A stretch of 64,000 nucleotides of DNA from Candidatus Staskawiczbacteria bacterium (GTDB taxonomy: Bacteria; Patescibacteriota; Minisyncoccia; Minisyncoccales; Staskawiczbacteraceae), in assembly GCA_903928565.1 (NCBI GenBank), contig CAIYRH010000010.1:41614-105613 (forward strand), read 5' to 3'. The notes beneath the pieces are model-generated. The model saw only the letters and a program-made list of their open reading frames with translations, did no database searches and was not told the origin of the DNA. Position 1 is the first letter of the stretch. Each line of letters starts with the position of its first letter. This document shows positions 56,268 through 64,000 of the stretch, one piece after another. The position numbers and the translations under genes were made by a program.

Positions 56268-57362
56268 ATGGATTATTACGAGCTTCTTGGGGTGCAGAAA
56301 ACTGCTTCCGAGGACGAAATAAAAAAAGCATTTCACAAATTGGCCCACAAATACCACCCAGACAAAGGCGGAGATGAAAAAAAGTTTAAAGAGATAAATG
56401 AAGCTTATCAGGTACTTTCAGATAAACAAAAAAGAGCTCAGTACGACCAATATGGCAGAGTCTTTGACCAAGGTGGCGCCGATGCTGGCCAAGGCTTTAA
56501 CTGGGCTTGGGGAAACGGTGCACAGGGCGATGGTGCTGAATTTGATATGGGCGACATAGGCGATGTTTTTGAAGAATTTTTTGGCGCCGGAGCATTTGGC
56601 GGAGGCAGAAGGTCTACTAAAAAAGATTCAAGAAAAGGAAAAGACATACAAGTTGACGTTGAATTAAATTTAGAAAGAACATTGAAAGAGTCGGTTGAAA
56701 GAATTAATTTATATAAGCAAGTTATTTGTAACAGATGCGCAGGCGTGGGCGCTGAGCCCGGCACAAAAGTAAAGGAATGTTTTTCTTGCAGAGGAACTGG
56801 ACAAGTTCAACAAGTTAAAAAAACAATTTTTGGGTCTTTTACAACTTTGGGCACATGCCCAGAATGTAAAGGTGAAGGTACAATTCCCGAAAAGCCATGT
56901 AATGTTTGTAAGGGTGAAGGCAGAACAAAAGGGCAAGAAACAATTGAAGTTACAATTCCAGCAGGAATTGACACAAACCAGGTTATAAGAATTGATGGCA
57001 AGGGTGAAGCTGGCAGAAAAGGCGCCAAGGCAGGAAATTTATTTGTGAGAATTTTTGTCAAAAAACATTCTGTATTTGAAAGAAGAGGCGACGACCTATT
57101 TTCTTTTGTAGATGTTAGCTTCCCTCAAGCAGCACTGGGCGATGAAATAGAAATAAAATCTTTAGAGGGCACAAACATTTTGTTGGAAGTTCCTGCAGGC
57201 ACAGAAAGTGGAAAAATTTTAAGAATTTCAGGAAAAGGAATTCCTCATTTTGGAGGATATGGCAAGGGCAACCTATATGTTGAATTTAAAGTTAAGACAC
57301 CCAAAAAATTATCTAGAAAGCAAAAAGAATTATTAGAAAAATTGAAAGAAGAGGGGATGTAA
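56268..57362 (+). CDS. dnaJ: Chaperone DnaJ
   Basis: HPD, G/F region, four CxxCxGxG repeats. Confidence 0.97.
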   Translation: MDYYELLGVQKTASEDEIKKAFHKLAHKYHPDKGGDEKKFKEINEAYQVLSDKQKRAQYDQYGRVFDQGGADAGQGFNWAWGNGAQGDGAEFDMGDIGDVFEEFFGAGAFGGGRRSTKKDSRKGKDIQVDVELNLERTLKESVERINLYKQVICNRCAGVGAEPGTKVKECFSCRGTGQVQQVKKTIFGSFTTLGTCPECKGEGTIPEKPCNVCKGEGRTKGQETIEVTIPAGIDTNQVIRIDGKGEAGRKGAKAGNLFVRIFVKKHSVFERRGDDLFSFVDVSFPQAALGDEIEIKSLEGTNILLEVPAGTESGKILRISGKGIPHFGGYGKGNLYVEFKVKTPKKLSRKQKELLEKLKEEGM

Positions 57363-57373
57363 CATCCCCATTT

Positions 57374-57445
57374 GCTCCCGTAGCTCAATGGTAGAGCAGT
57401 AGCCTTTTAAGCTATTGGTTCCGCGTTCGAGTCGCGGCGGGAGCA
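57374..57445 (+). tRNA. tRNA-Lys(TTT)
   Basis: gctcccg/cgggagc, gtagc-cttttaa-gctat, ccgcg-ttcgagt-cgcgg. Confidence 0.93.
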
Positions 57446-57472
57446 CACTTAGGCCCAGTTTTTGTTTAATTT

Positions 57473-57557
57473 AGTAGCCCTTAAAATTATGCGTTCGCCC
57501 GGTGATGAACACCGGGCGTCGGGTGTTTATCACCCGACGAGTCGCGGCGGGAGCACA
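57473..57557 (+). pseudogene. Degenerate 3' tRNA-Lys duplicate with a palindromic insertion in the T-loop
   Basis: 20-bp direct repeat cgagtcgcggcgggagcaca (57428 and 57538), decayed anticodon arm, 42-nt insert at 57498-57539. Confidence 0.7.
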
Positions 57558-57559
57558 TT

Positions 57560-57586
57560 AAAAAACGCCTTTTTGGGGCGTTTTTT
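57560..57586 (+). terminator. Intrinsic terminator
   Basis: aaaaaacgcct-tttt-ggggcgtttttt. Confidence 0.7.
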
Positions 57587-57724
57587 GGTAAATGGGGCAA
57601 AAGGGGGTCGGACTATTGACATCTTTTATCTAATATGGTAGGGTTGAGTATTAATTGGTTTTTAATAATAATTAACTAAGATAAACTAGTAAAAATAGTT
57701 TAAAGAAAATAAAAAGAAAATAAT

Positions 57725-60061
57725 ATGAAAACAATAAATAAATTAATTGTTGGATGCATATTCTTAACGGTCGGAATTGTTACATTGTACGGAAACGCTG
57801 CAATTGTTTTCGCGTGTAACGGAAGTAATCATTCTTATTTGGGATGTAGCGGAGGATCGGTATATTGGTTCGATTCCTGCGATTTCAAAACAGATCTTTA
57901 CCAGCAATGTGCCGCCGACCAAATTTGTCAGTCTGCACACTGCATAACGGTAAATATTGACTGTTATACTAACGCAGATTGCGGAACCAGCGGTTTCGTA
58001 GGAAGCCCATTCTGCCAAGGAAACTCGGTTTACAAGAATTACAAAACATTTACTTGTAACCATCCTGGTACGTTAGATAGCATTTGTACTGACGCCACAA
58101 CAGCTCAGCTTCAAAATACTTGTTCTGGCAGTCAAACATGTTCTAATGGTAGCTGTAACACAATAGTATGTAGTAACGACTCTCAATGCGGAACAGACGG
58201 TTTCGTAGGAAGCCCATTCTGCCAAGGAAACTCGGTTTACAAAAACTACAAAACATATACTTGTAACAACCCAGGAACATCTTCCAGCTCTTGTACAAAT
58301 TCAACTGCAGCTCAATTGCAAAATACTTGTACTGGAAATCAAACCTGTAGCAATGGAAGTTGTTCAGCCGTGGTTTGTAGCACAAACTCAGATTGCGGAA
58401 CTAGCGGATTTACAGGAAGCCCATTCTGCCAAAATAATGCAGTTTACAAAAACTACAAAACATATACTTGTAACAACCCTGGAACATCTTCCAGCACTTG
58501 TACCAACTCTACAGAGGCTCAATTGCAAAATACCTGCTCAGGTAGCCAAACTTGTAGCAACGGAAGCTGTAATTCAATTGCATGTAGCTCAAATAGTGAT
58601 TGCGGAACCAATTCTTTAACGGGCAATCCTTTTTGCCAAGGTGGAAACGTTTATCAAAATTTCAAAACCTACACCTGTAACAATCCAGGAACATCTTCCA
58701 GCACTTGTTCAAACTCAACTGCAGCTCAGTTGCAAAATACTTGTGCATCGGGACAGACTTGTAGCAACGGAAGCTGTAATACAGTAGTTTGTAGTGCAAA
58801 CAGTGACTGCGGAACAAATGGAAGCACTGGTGGTTTATTCTGCCAAGGAAACAGTGTATATCAAAATTTTATAACTTATACTTGTCACAATCCCGGTACT
58901 TCAACCAGCACCTGTTCTAATTCAACAGCAGCCCAATTGCAAACAACCTGTACTGGAAATCAAACATGTAGCAACGGAAGTTGTAGCGCAATTGCTTGTA
59001 GTTCCAATTCTCAATGTGGAACAAACGGAAGCACGGGCGGCCTATTTTGCCAAGGAAATAATGTTTATCAAAACTTTATAACTTACACCTGTAACAATCC
59101 AGGAACATCTTCCAGCTCTTGTACAAATTCAACTTCGGCTCAATTGCAAAATACTTGTACTGGAAATCAAACCTGTAGCAACGGAAGTTGTTCAAATTCA
59201 TGTACTGCAAATTATCAGCAAAGATGCGTTGGAACAAGCATGTATTGGTTTGATTCATGCGGTTCGCAAGGTAGCTATGTAGGAACTTGTGGAAATAACT
59301 GCACACAAAATTATCAGCAAAGATGCGTTGGAACAAGCATGTATTGGTTTGACTCTTGCGGTTCGCAAGGCAGTTATGTAGGAACTTGTGGGAATAACAA
59401 TAACAACACCACGCTAACTGTTACAAAAATGGTTAGAGACCTTACAACAAATACAACTTTTGCAAATTCAACATATGCCAATCCTTCAGATATGTTGATG
59501 TTCATGATTACTGTGCAAGCCAATGGAAATCAAGATGCTCAAAACATTTCTTTAAGAGACACACTTCCAGCAAACCTTATTTACAACAATCAATTAGTTG
59601 TAGCAAGGTCAAATAACAACAATTACAACAATTACTCGGGTGACATAATGTCTGGTTTGAATTTAAATACAATTTCAGCCGGTCAAACAGTTACCATAAC
59701 ATACCAAACACAAGTAGCCGGCGCAACAGCCTTTGTATTTGGAACAACAACTTTAAGTAACCTTGTAAATGTTACCAGTTCAAACACTGGCTATGTTCCA
59801 ACTGCCTCAGCTTCTGTAATTGTTACAAGAGCGGGCGTGTTAGGAGCTTCAACAGTTTCAACCGGTATAACCGATAATTTCTGGATGGATTCGTTTATTT
59901 TGCCTTTATTGTTAACATTAATGGGCATTTGGATGTGGAAGTCTGGAGTATTCTTTGGAATTGAAAAATGGTTTGATAACAAAAAGAAAATTAGAAGGGG
60001 ACACCAAGCAGAAAAAGAATTCTTGCATAGAATTGCCAATATCCAGAAATCTGGAAAATAA
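57725..60061 (+). CDS. Large secreted Cys-rich repeat surface protein with a DUF11-like domain and C-terminal TM
   Basis: Signal peptide, six 69-aa repeats, two 33-aa WFDSCG repeats, LTVTK..DTLPANL, VLGA..TG then TM. Confidence 0.88.
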   Translation: MKTINKLIVGCIFLTVGIVTLYGNAAIVFACNGSNHSYLGCSGGSVYWFDSCDFKTDLYQQCAADQICQSAHCITVNIDCYTNADCGTSGFVGSPFCQGNSVYKNYKTFTCNHPGTLDSICTDATTAQLQNTCSGSQTCSNGSCNTIVCSNDSQCGTDGFVGSPFCQGNSVYKNYKTYTCNNPGTSSSSCTNSTAAQLQNTCTGNQTCSNGSCSAVVCSTNSDCGTSGFTGSPFCQNNAVYKNYKTYTCNNPGTSSSTCTNSTEAQLQNTCSGSQTCSNGSCNSIACSSNSDCGTNSLTGNPFCQGGNVYQNFKTYTCNNPGTSSSTCSNSTAAQLQNTCASGQTCSNGSCNTVVCSANSDCGTNGSTGGLFCQGNSVYQNFITYTCHNPGTSTSTCSNSTAAQLQTTCTGNQTCSNGSCSAIACSSNSQCGTNGSTGGLFCQGNNVYQNFITYTCNNPGTSSSSCTNSTSAQLQNTCTGNQTCSNGSCSNSCTANYQQRCVGTSMYWFDSCGSQGSYVGTCGNNCTQNYQQRCVGTSMYWFDSCGSQGSYVGTCGNNNNNTTLTVTKMVRDLTTNTTFANSTYANPSDMLMFMITVQANGNQDAQNISLRDTLPANLIYNNQLVVARSNNNNYNNYSGDIMSGLNLNTISAGQTVTITYQTQVAGATAFVFGTTTLSNLVNVTSSNTGYVPTASASVIVTRAGVLGASTVSTGITDNFWMDSFILPLLLTLMGIWMWKSGVFFGIEKWFDNKKKIRRGHQAEKEFLHRIANIQKSGK
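57962..59398 (+). repeat. Intragenic tandem repeats: 6 x 207 bp and 2 x 99 bp
   Basis: Repeated C..N.DCGT.G..G.PFCQG.....TC.NPGT unit and NYQQRCVGTSMYWFDSCG unit. Confidence 0.88.
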
Positions 60062-60070
60062 AAAAAACGA

Positions 60071-60442
60071 ATGACCAATGAAGAATTTGAAAAATTGGTT
60101 GGCGAGGGCATAGATGCCATTGGTGAAAAATTTCTGTCTCGGTTGAAAAACGTTGAAGTAATTATTGAAGACGACCCAACTCCCCAGCAAATGGAGAAAC
60201 TTAAATTACACAACACCCTACTTTTTGGTTTGTATGAAGGCGTGCCCTTAACAAAACGACAATCTTATGGGCAAGTTTTACCAGACAAAATAACAATATT
60301 TAAAAATTCTATTGAACGGGTTTATACTCGCCCCGAAGATATTAGACAAGCAGTTAAAAACACTGTTTGGCACGAAATAGCTCATCACTTTGGAATGGAC
60401 GAAGAACAGGTGAGGGCCGCCGAACATAAAAGAGACAGCTAA
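60071..60442 (+). CDS. Zincin-like metallopeptidase (DUF1025)
   Basis: LFGLYEGVP, PDKITIF, HEIAHHFG. Confidence 0.9.
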   Translation: MTNEEFEKLVGEGIDAIGEKFLSRLKNVEVIIEDDPTPQQMEKLKLHNTLLFGLYEGVPLTKRQSYGQVLPDKITIFKNSIERVYTRPEDIRQAVKNTVWHEIAHHFGMDEEQVRAAEHKRDS

Positions 60443-60443
60443 A

Positions 60444-60472
60444 TAAAAAATCCCCCTTTGGGGGATTTTTTA
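60444..60472. terminator. Bidirectional terminator
   Basis: aaaaaatccccc-ttt-gggggatttttt between convergent genes. Confidence 0.8.
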
Positions 60473-61102
60473 TTTTCTTCCTTCAAGTGCCGACTCTAAT
60501 GTTTCTTCGTCGGCGTATTCAAGCTCTCCACCAACGGGAATACCACGCGCCAGATGTGTAATTCTTCGATTTGGCTCAGAACCTTCGGTTTTAGTCGCCT
60601 GCCAAACTTCTCTTATTATTTGTTCGACAAGTACAGAAGTTGTCCTGCCTTCTGGTGTTGAGTTTAGCGCTACAATTATTTCTGAAAAATTACTAATAGA
60701 TATTCTTTTTTTAAGTTGTTCAATTCTTAATTGACTAGTTTCTTCTGGGCGCATTGTTGCAATAGTTCCACCAAGGATAAAATATAACCCGCTGTATTTT
60801 TTAGTATTTTCAAGTGACAGTAAATCTGTTTCTTTTTCTACAACGCAAAGTAAATTTTTGTTTCTGGCAGGATTCTGACATATCAAGCAAAGCTTGCCCT
60901 GCGCGGAGTCGAAGGGTTCAAACGGGTTAAAACAATTTTCGCATAATTTTATTTTATTTTTTACTTCTAAAATTGCACTAATTAATTCGTCTACTCTTGC
61001 TTTTGGTAACTTCATTAAATAGTAAACAAAACGGCCGGCTGTTCGTGAGCCAACCGTGGGAAACTTTTTAAACAAATTTATTAATTTTTCAACTGAATCC
61101 AT
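60470..61102 (-). CDS. recR: Recombination mediator RecR
   Basis: PTVGSRTAGR, C4 zinc finger, LCVVE, ARGIPVGGELEYAD. Confidence 0.95.
   Translation of the reverse strand: MDSVEKLINLFKKFPTVGSRTAGRFVYYLMKLPKARVDELISAILEVKNKIKLCENCFNPFEPFDSAQGKLCLICQNPARNKNLLCVVEKETDLLSLENTKKYSGLYFILGGTIATMRPEETSQLRIEQLKKRISISNFSEIIVALNSTPEGRTTSVLVEQIIREVWQATKTEGSEPNRRITHLARGIPVGGELEYADEETLESALEGRK
60893..60916 (-). repeat. 24-nt repeat in frame in the RecR zinc finger (PFDSAQGK)
   Basis: cttgccctgcgcggagtcgaaggg, 18/24 identical to 17465-17488. Confidence 0.75.
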
Positions 61103-61108
61103 AATAAT

Positions 61109-62470
61109 TTAATTGCCCTCGCCGGTTTCTGGAGTATATTGGTTTTTATCTAAATTTCTAAAGCTTACACGTTGTTCGTCAAAGTATAAATCAACATTAC
61201 CAACCGGGCCATTTCTGTGTTTTTCAATCATAACTTTTGCCAAATTTGGGTTTAAGCTTGTTTCGTTGTATTTATCTTCTCTATAAATCATAAGCACAAC
61301 ATCGGCATCTTGCTCAATGGCACCAGATTCTCTTAAATCGGAAAGTTTTGGAATGGAGGGTGTACGTTGTTCAACTGCACGCGATAACTGCGAAAGCACT
61401 AACACCGGCACATTCAATTCTTTTGCCAACATTTTTAAAGCCCTGGAATTTTCTGTTACTTGTTGCACCGGCGAGGCAAACCTGTTCATTGGTTCCATTA
61501 GTTGCAGGTAGTCAATTACAATGAGTGAGAGCCCCTTATTGGCCTGTAATCTGCGCGCCATGGCTCTTATTTGCAGAATGTTAACGGAACCCGCATCGTC
61601 TATATATAGAGGTGAATCGGACAAACTCCCCATGGCATGTTGCAAGCGGGAATAGTCGTCTGAAGTTAACCGGCCGTTTCTCAAATTCCATAAATTAATG
61701 TTTGCCAAACTGGCCAAAAGCCTGTCGGCTAATTGGTCTTTAGACATTTCAAGACTAAACAGTCCCACGGGTTTATTTTCCAAAACAGCTACATTTCTGG
61801 CAATGTCTAAAGCTAGTGACGTTTTTCCCATTGAAGGCCTTGCTGCTAAAATTACTAAGTCTGATTTTTGCAAACCTCCTAAAAATTTATCTAAATCAAC
61901 AAAGCCGGTTGGTACTCCTCGCATTGAACCCGCGGTTTTAGAAAGTTCGTCTAGCCTTTCAAAAGTGTCGGCTAAAATATCTTTAATTGGCAGAAAGGAT
62001 TGCGTTAACGAACGTTGCCCAATGCTAAATACAGTTTTTTCGGCTCTATCAAGCAAAATTTCAACCTCTTCTGATTCACTAAATGCGGACAATCCAATTT
62101 CTTCTGAAGCGGAAATTAAATCTCTCAAAATCTTTTTTTGTCTTACAATTTTCCCATAATTGTAAACATGAGTTGCCGTTGGAACAGAATTTATTAATGA
62201 AGTTAAGTATGTTTGGCCACCAATGTCTTCAAGCCTGTTTCTTTCTTTTAATTTTGCAGAAACCGAAAGTATATCAATGGGCTCGGACCTTTCGTAAAGG
62301 TCAACCATTACTTGGTAAATGTCTTGGTGAATACTTTTGTAAAAATCTTCAGCTTTAATTAAATCAACAACTTTTACAATTGCTTCTTTATCTAGCATTA
62401 AGCAACCAAGCAGTGATTGCTCGGCGTCGTTGTTTTGCGGTGGTAGTTTGTCGGGGAGTTCTTTTGCCAT
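61109..62470 (-). CDS. dnaB: Replicative DNA helicase
   Basis: PPQNNDAEQ, AARPSMGKT, IDYLQL, SQLSR, SDLRESGAIEQDAD, KHRNG. Confidence 0.97.
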   Translation of the reverse strand: MAKELPDKLPPQNNDAEQSLLGCLMLDKEAIVKVVDLIKAEDFYKSIHQDIYQVMVDLYERSEPIDILSVSAKLKERNRLEDIGGQTYLTSLINSVPTATHVYNYGKIVRQKKILRDLISASEEIGLSAFSESEEVEILLDRAEKTVFSIGQRSLTQSFLPIKDILADTFERLDELSKTAGSMRGVPTGFVDLDKFLGGLQKSDLVILAARPSMGKTSLALDIARNVAVLENKPVGLFSLEMSKDQLADRLLASLANINLWNLRNGRLTSDDYSRLQHAMGSLSDSPLYIDDAGSVNILQIRAMARRLQANKGLSLIVIDYLQLMEPMNRFASPVQQVTENSRALKMLAKELNVPVLVLSQLSRAVEQRTPSIPKLSDLRESGAIEQDADVVLMIYREDKYNETSLNPNLAKVMIEKHRNGPVGNVDLYFDEQRVSFRNLDKNQYTPETGEGN

Positions 62471-62520
62471 AATAATATATCTTATACATGCCCCAAATTA
62501 AAAGCAAGAGGATAATCTGT

Positions 62521-63912
62521 TTATAAACTTTTTAGGGTAGAACCGTCTTTTGTGTCTTCTACTGTAAAGCCTTTTTTCTCAATTTGAGCTCTTGCTTCGT
62601 CGGCTTTTTGCCACTCTTTATTTTTGCGGTGGAGCTCTCTTAATTTAGCTAATTTTTTTACTTCGGCTGGAATGGCCTTATTAACTTTTTCAAAATTTAT
62701 AATTCCAAAAATTTTATTTATGTTCTGGAATAATTTATAAATTTCCTGCGCTTCTTTTTTAGAAATTAAATTTTGTTCTAACAAAATGTTTGTTTTGCCA
62801 ATAAATTCAAACATAACGGCAAAAGCCTTGGGAGTATTAAAGTCGTCGGCAAGCTCGGCATAAAAACTTTTTTCAAAAGTTTTTGCAAGTTTTAAATTTT
62901 TTGTTACGGCCTTTGCATTCTTTATTTTTCTTAGGAATTCTTCTATTTTATCAGCGGCACTTTTTACTTCTATCATTGCAGACTCAGAATAATCTACTGG
63001 AGAGCTCCACAAATTTTTGACAATAAAAAATCTTAAAAAGTTTGCAGGGCATCTTTTTAAAAGGTCACCAATAGTAATAAAATTTCCCAAAGATTTGCCC
63101 ATTTTTTGGTTGCTAACAGTTAAAAATCCTGTGTGCATCCAATATTTTGCCATAGGTCTTTTGCCAGAAATTGCTTCCATTAGGCTTATTTCGGCCTCGT
63201 GGTGAGGGAATATCAAATCGCGAGCGCCTCCATGAATATCATATTGCGCGCCAAAGAATTTTTCGGTAATGGCGGTGTCTTCAATGTGCCACCCTGGCCT
63301 TCCAGCTCCAAATGGTGCTGGCCAAGAAGGTTCTGATTCGTCAGATGTTTCATTAAATTTCCAGATGCAGAAGTCGCCTCTATTTTTTTTATCTTTGCTA
63401 TAATCTATTCGTGTTACGGCATCTTCTGCACCTAAAGCAGTTCTACCCGCTAATTTACCATAATTTTTAAACTTTTCAATATTATAATAAATTCCATCAC
63501 CCTCAATTTTATATGCATATCCTTTTTCTTCTAACCTTTGTATTTGGCTGATTATCTGTTTTATATAATTAGTAGCTCTGGCATATTTTGAAATGCTATT
63601 AATCCCTAGGGTTTTCATATCTTTTAAGTATTCTATTTCAAAGGCAATTGCCAAGTCTTTTGGTGTAACGCCCTTTTCTCTGGCGCGAGCAATTATTTTG
63701 TCGTCTATGTCGGTAATGTTTTGCAAATAAAAAACATCATATCCTATTTGCCTTAAATATTTTACAAAAGCATCAAAAATAACATAAGTTCTGGCATGTC
63801 CTATGTGAGAATAATCGTAAACTGTTGGTCCGCAAACAAAAAGGTTTATTTTTTTCCCGTGAATTGGTTTTAGGTCGTCTTTTTTCCCCGACAGGGTATT
63901 ATATATTTTCAT
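62521..63912 (-). CDS. cysS: Cysteine--tRNA ligase
   Basis: CGPTVY, HIGH, GRPGWHIE, FPHHE, KMGKS. Confidence 0.97.
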   Translation of the reverse strand: MKIYNTLSGKKDDLKPIHGKKINLFVCGPTVYDYSHIGHARTYVIFDAFVKYLRQIGYDVFYLQNITDIDDKIIARAREKGVTPKDLAIAFEIEYLKDMKTLGINSISKYARATNYIKQIISQIQRLEEKGYAYKIEGDGIYYNIEKFKNYGKLAGRTALGAEDAVTRIDYSKDKKNRGDFCIWKFNETSDESEPSWPAPFGAGRPGWHIEDTAITEKFFGAQYDIHGGARDLIFPHHEAEISLMEAISGKRPMAKYWMHTGFLTVSNQKMGKSLGNFITIGDLLKRCPANFLRFFIVKNLWSSPVDYSESAMIEVKSAADKIEEFLRKIKNAKAVTKNLKLAKTFEKSFYAELADDFNTPKAFAVMFEFIGKTNILLEQNLISKKEAQEIYKLFQNINKIFGIINFEKVNKAIPAEVKKLAKLRELHRKNKEWQKADEARAQIEKKGFTVEDTKDGSTLKSL

Positions 63913-64000
63913 CTTGTTTTGTTTTTTTAAATTCTTTAGTTACAATTTTATTTTTAATATAACCTACTTTGCTCAATTCTATTATCTTTGCAAAAATGCT

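Noticed and set aside
57475..57490. Similarity of tagcccttaaaattat to the IR element end at 17545
   Set aside because: Better explained as the decayed anticodon arm of the duplicated tRNA-Lys.
1..64000. UGA recoding (code 25) or selenoproteins
   Set aside because: Conserved genes are full length in code 11, and TGA ends the 18268 ORF where its paralog also ends.

Overview
Low-GC bacterial chromosomal segment read in standard code 11. Gene content and style (tandem Cys-rich paralogs, mini-HrcA, UvrD-nuclease fusion, SD-poor starts) suggest a CPR/Patescibacteria (Parcubacteria-like) genome; that assignment is inference. Housekeeping genes: pgk, recJ-like, rnhA, rnpB, murJ, lepA, hrcA-grpE-dnaK-dnaJ, recR, dnaB, cysS and four tRNAs. 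Accessory content: metA, MATE, MacAB- and EmrAB-like exporters, an LtaS-family protein, an FMN_bind/ApbE/RnfD-FNR flavinylation module, a divergent purH and Cys-rich surface proteins. Three non-obvious patterns stand out. (1) Four stand-alone, mostly GC-elevated transcription units share a sigma70 promoter followed by an rRNA-type boxA-like motif, often with a long G-U-containing hairpin and CCAACC tracts. (2) Short 24-30 nt repeats have inserted in frame into proteins (a Cys-rich paralog, RecR, GrpE, DnaK) and into a terminator loop, and further palindromic inserts sit in UvrD and in the T-loop of a duplicated tRNA fragment. (3) A cassette-like gene array after tRNA-Asp is punctuated by one repeated terminator/promoter module. 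No CRISPR array, integrase or transposase was seen.
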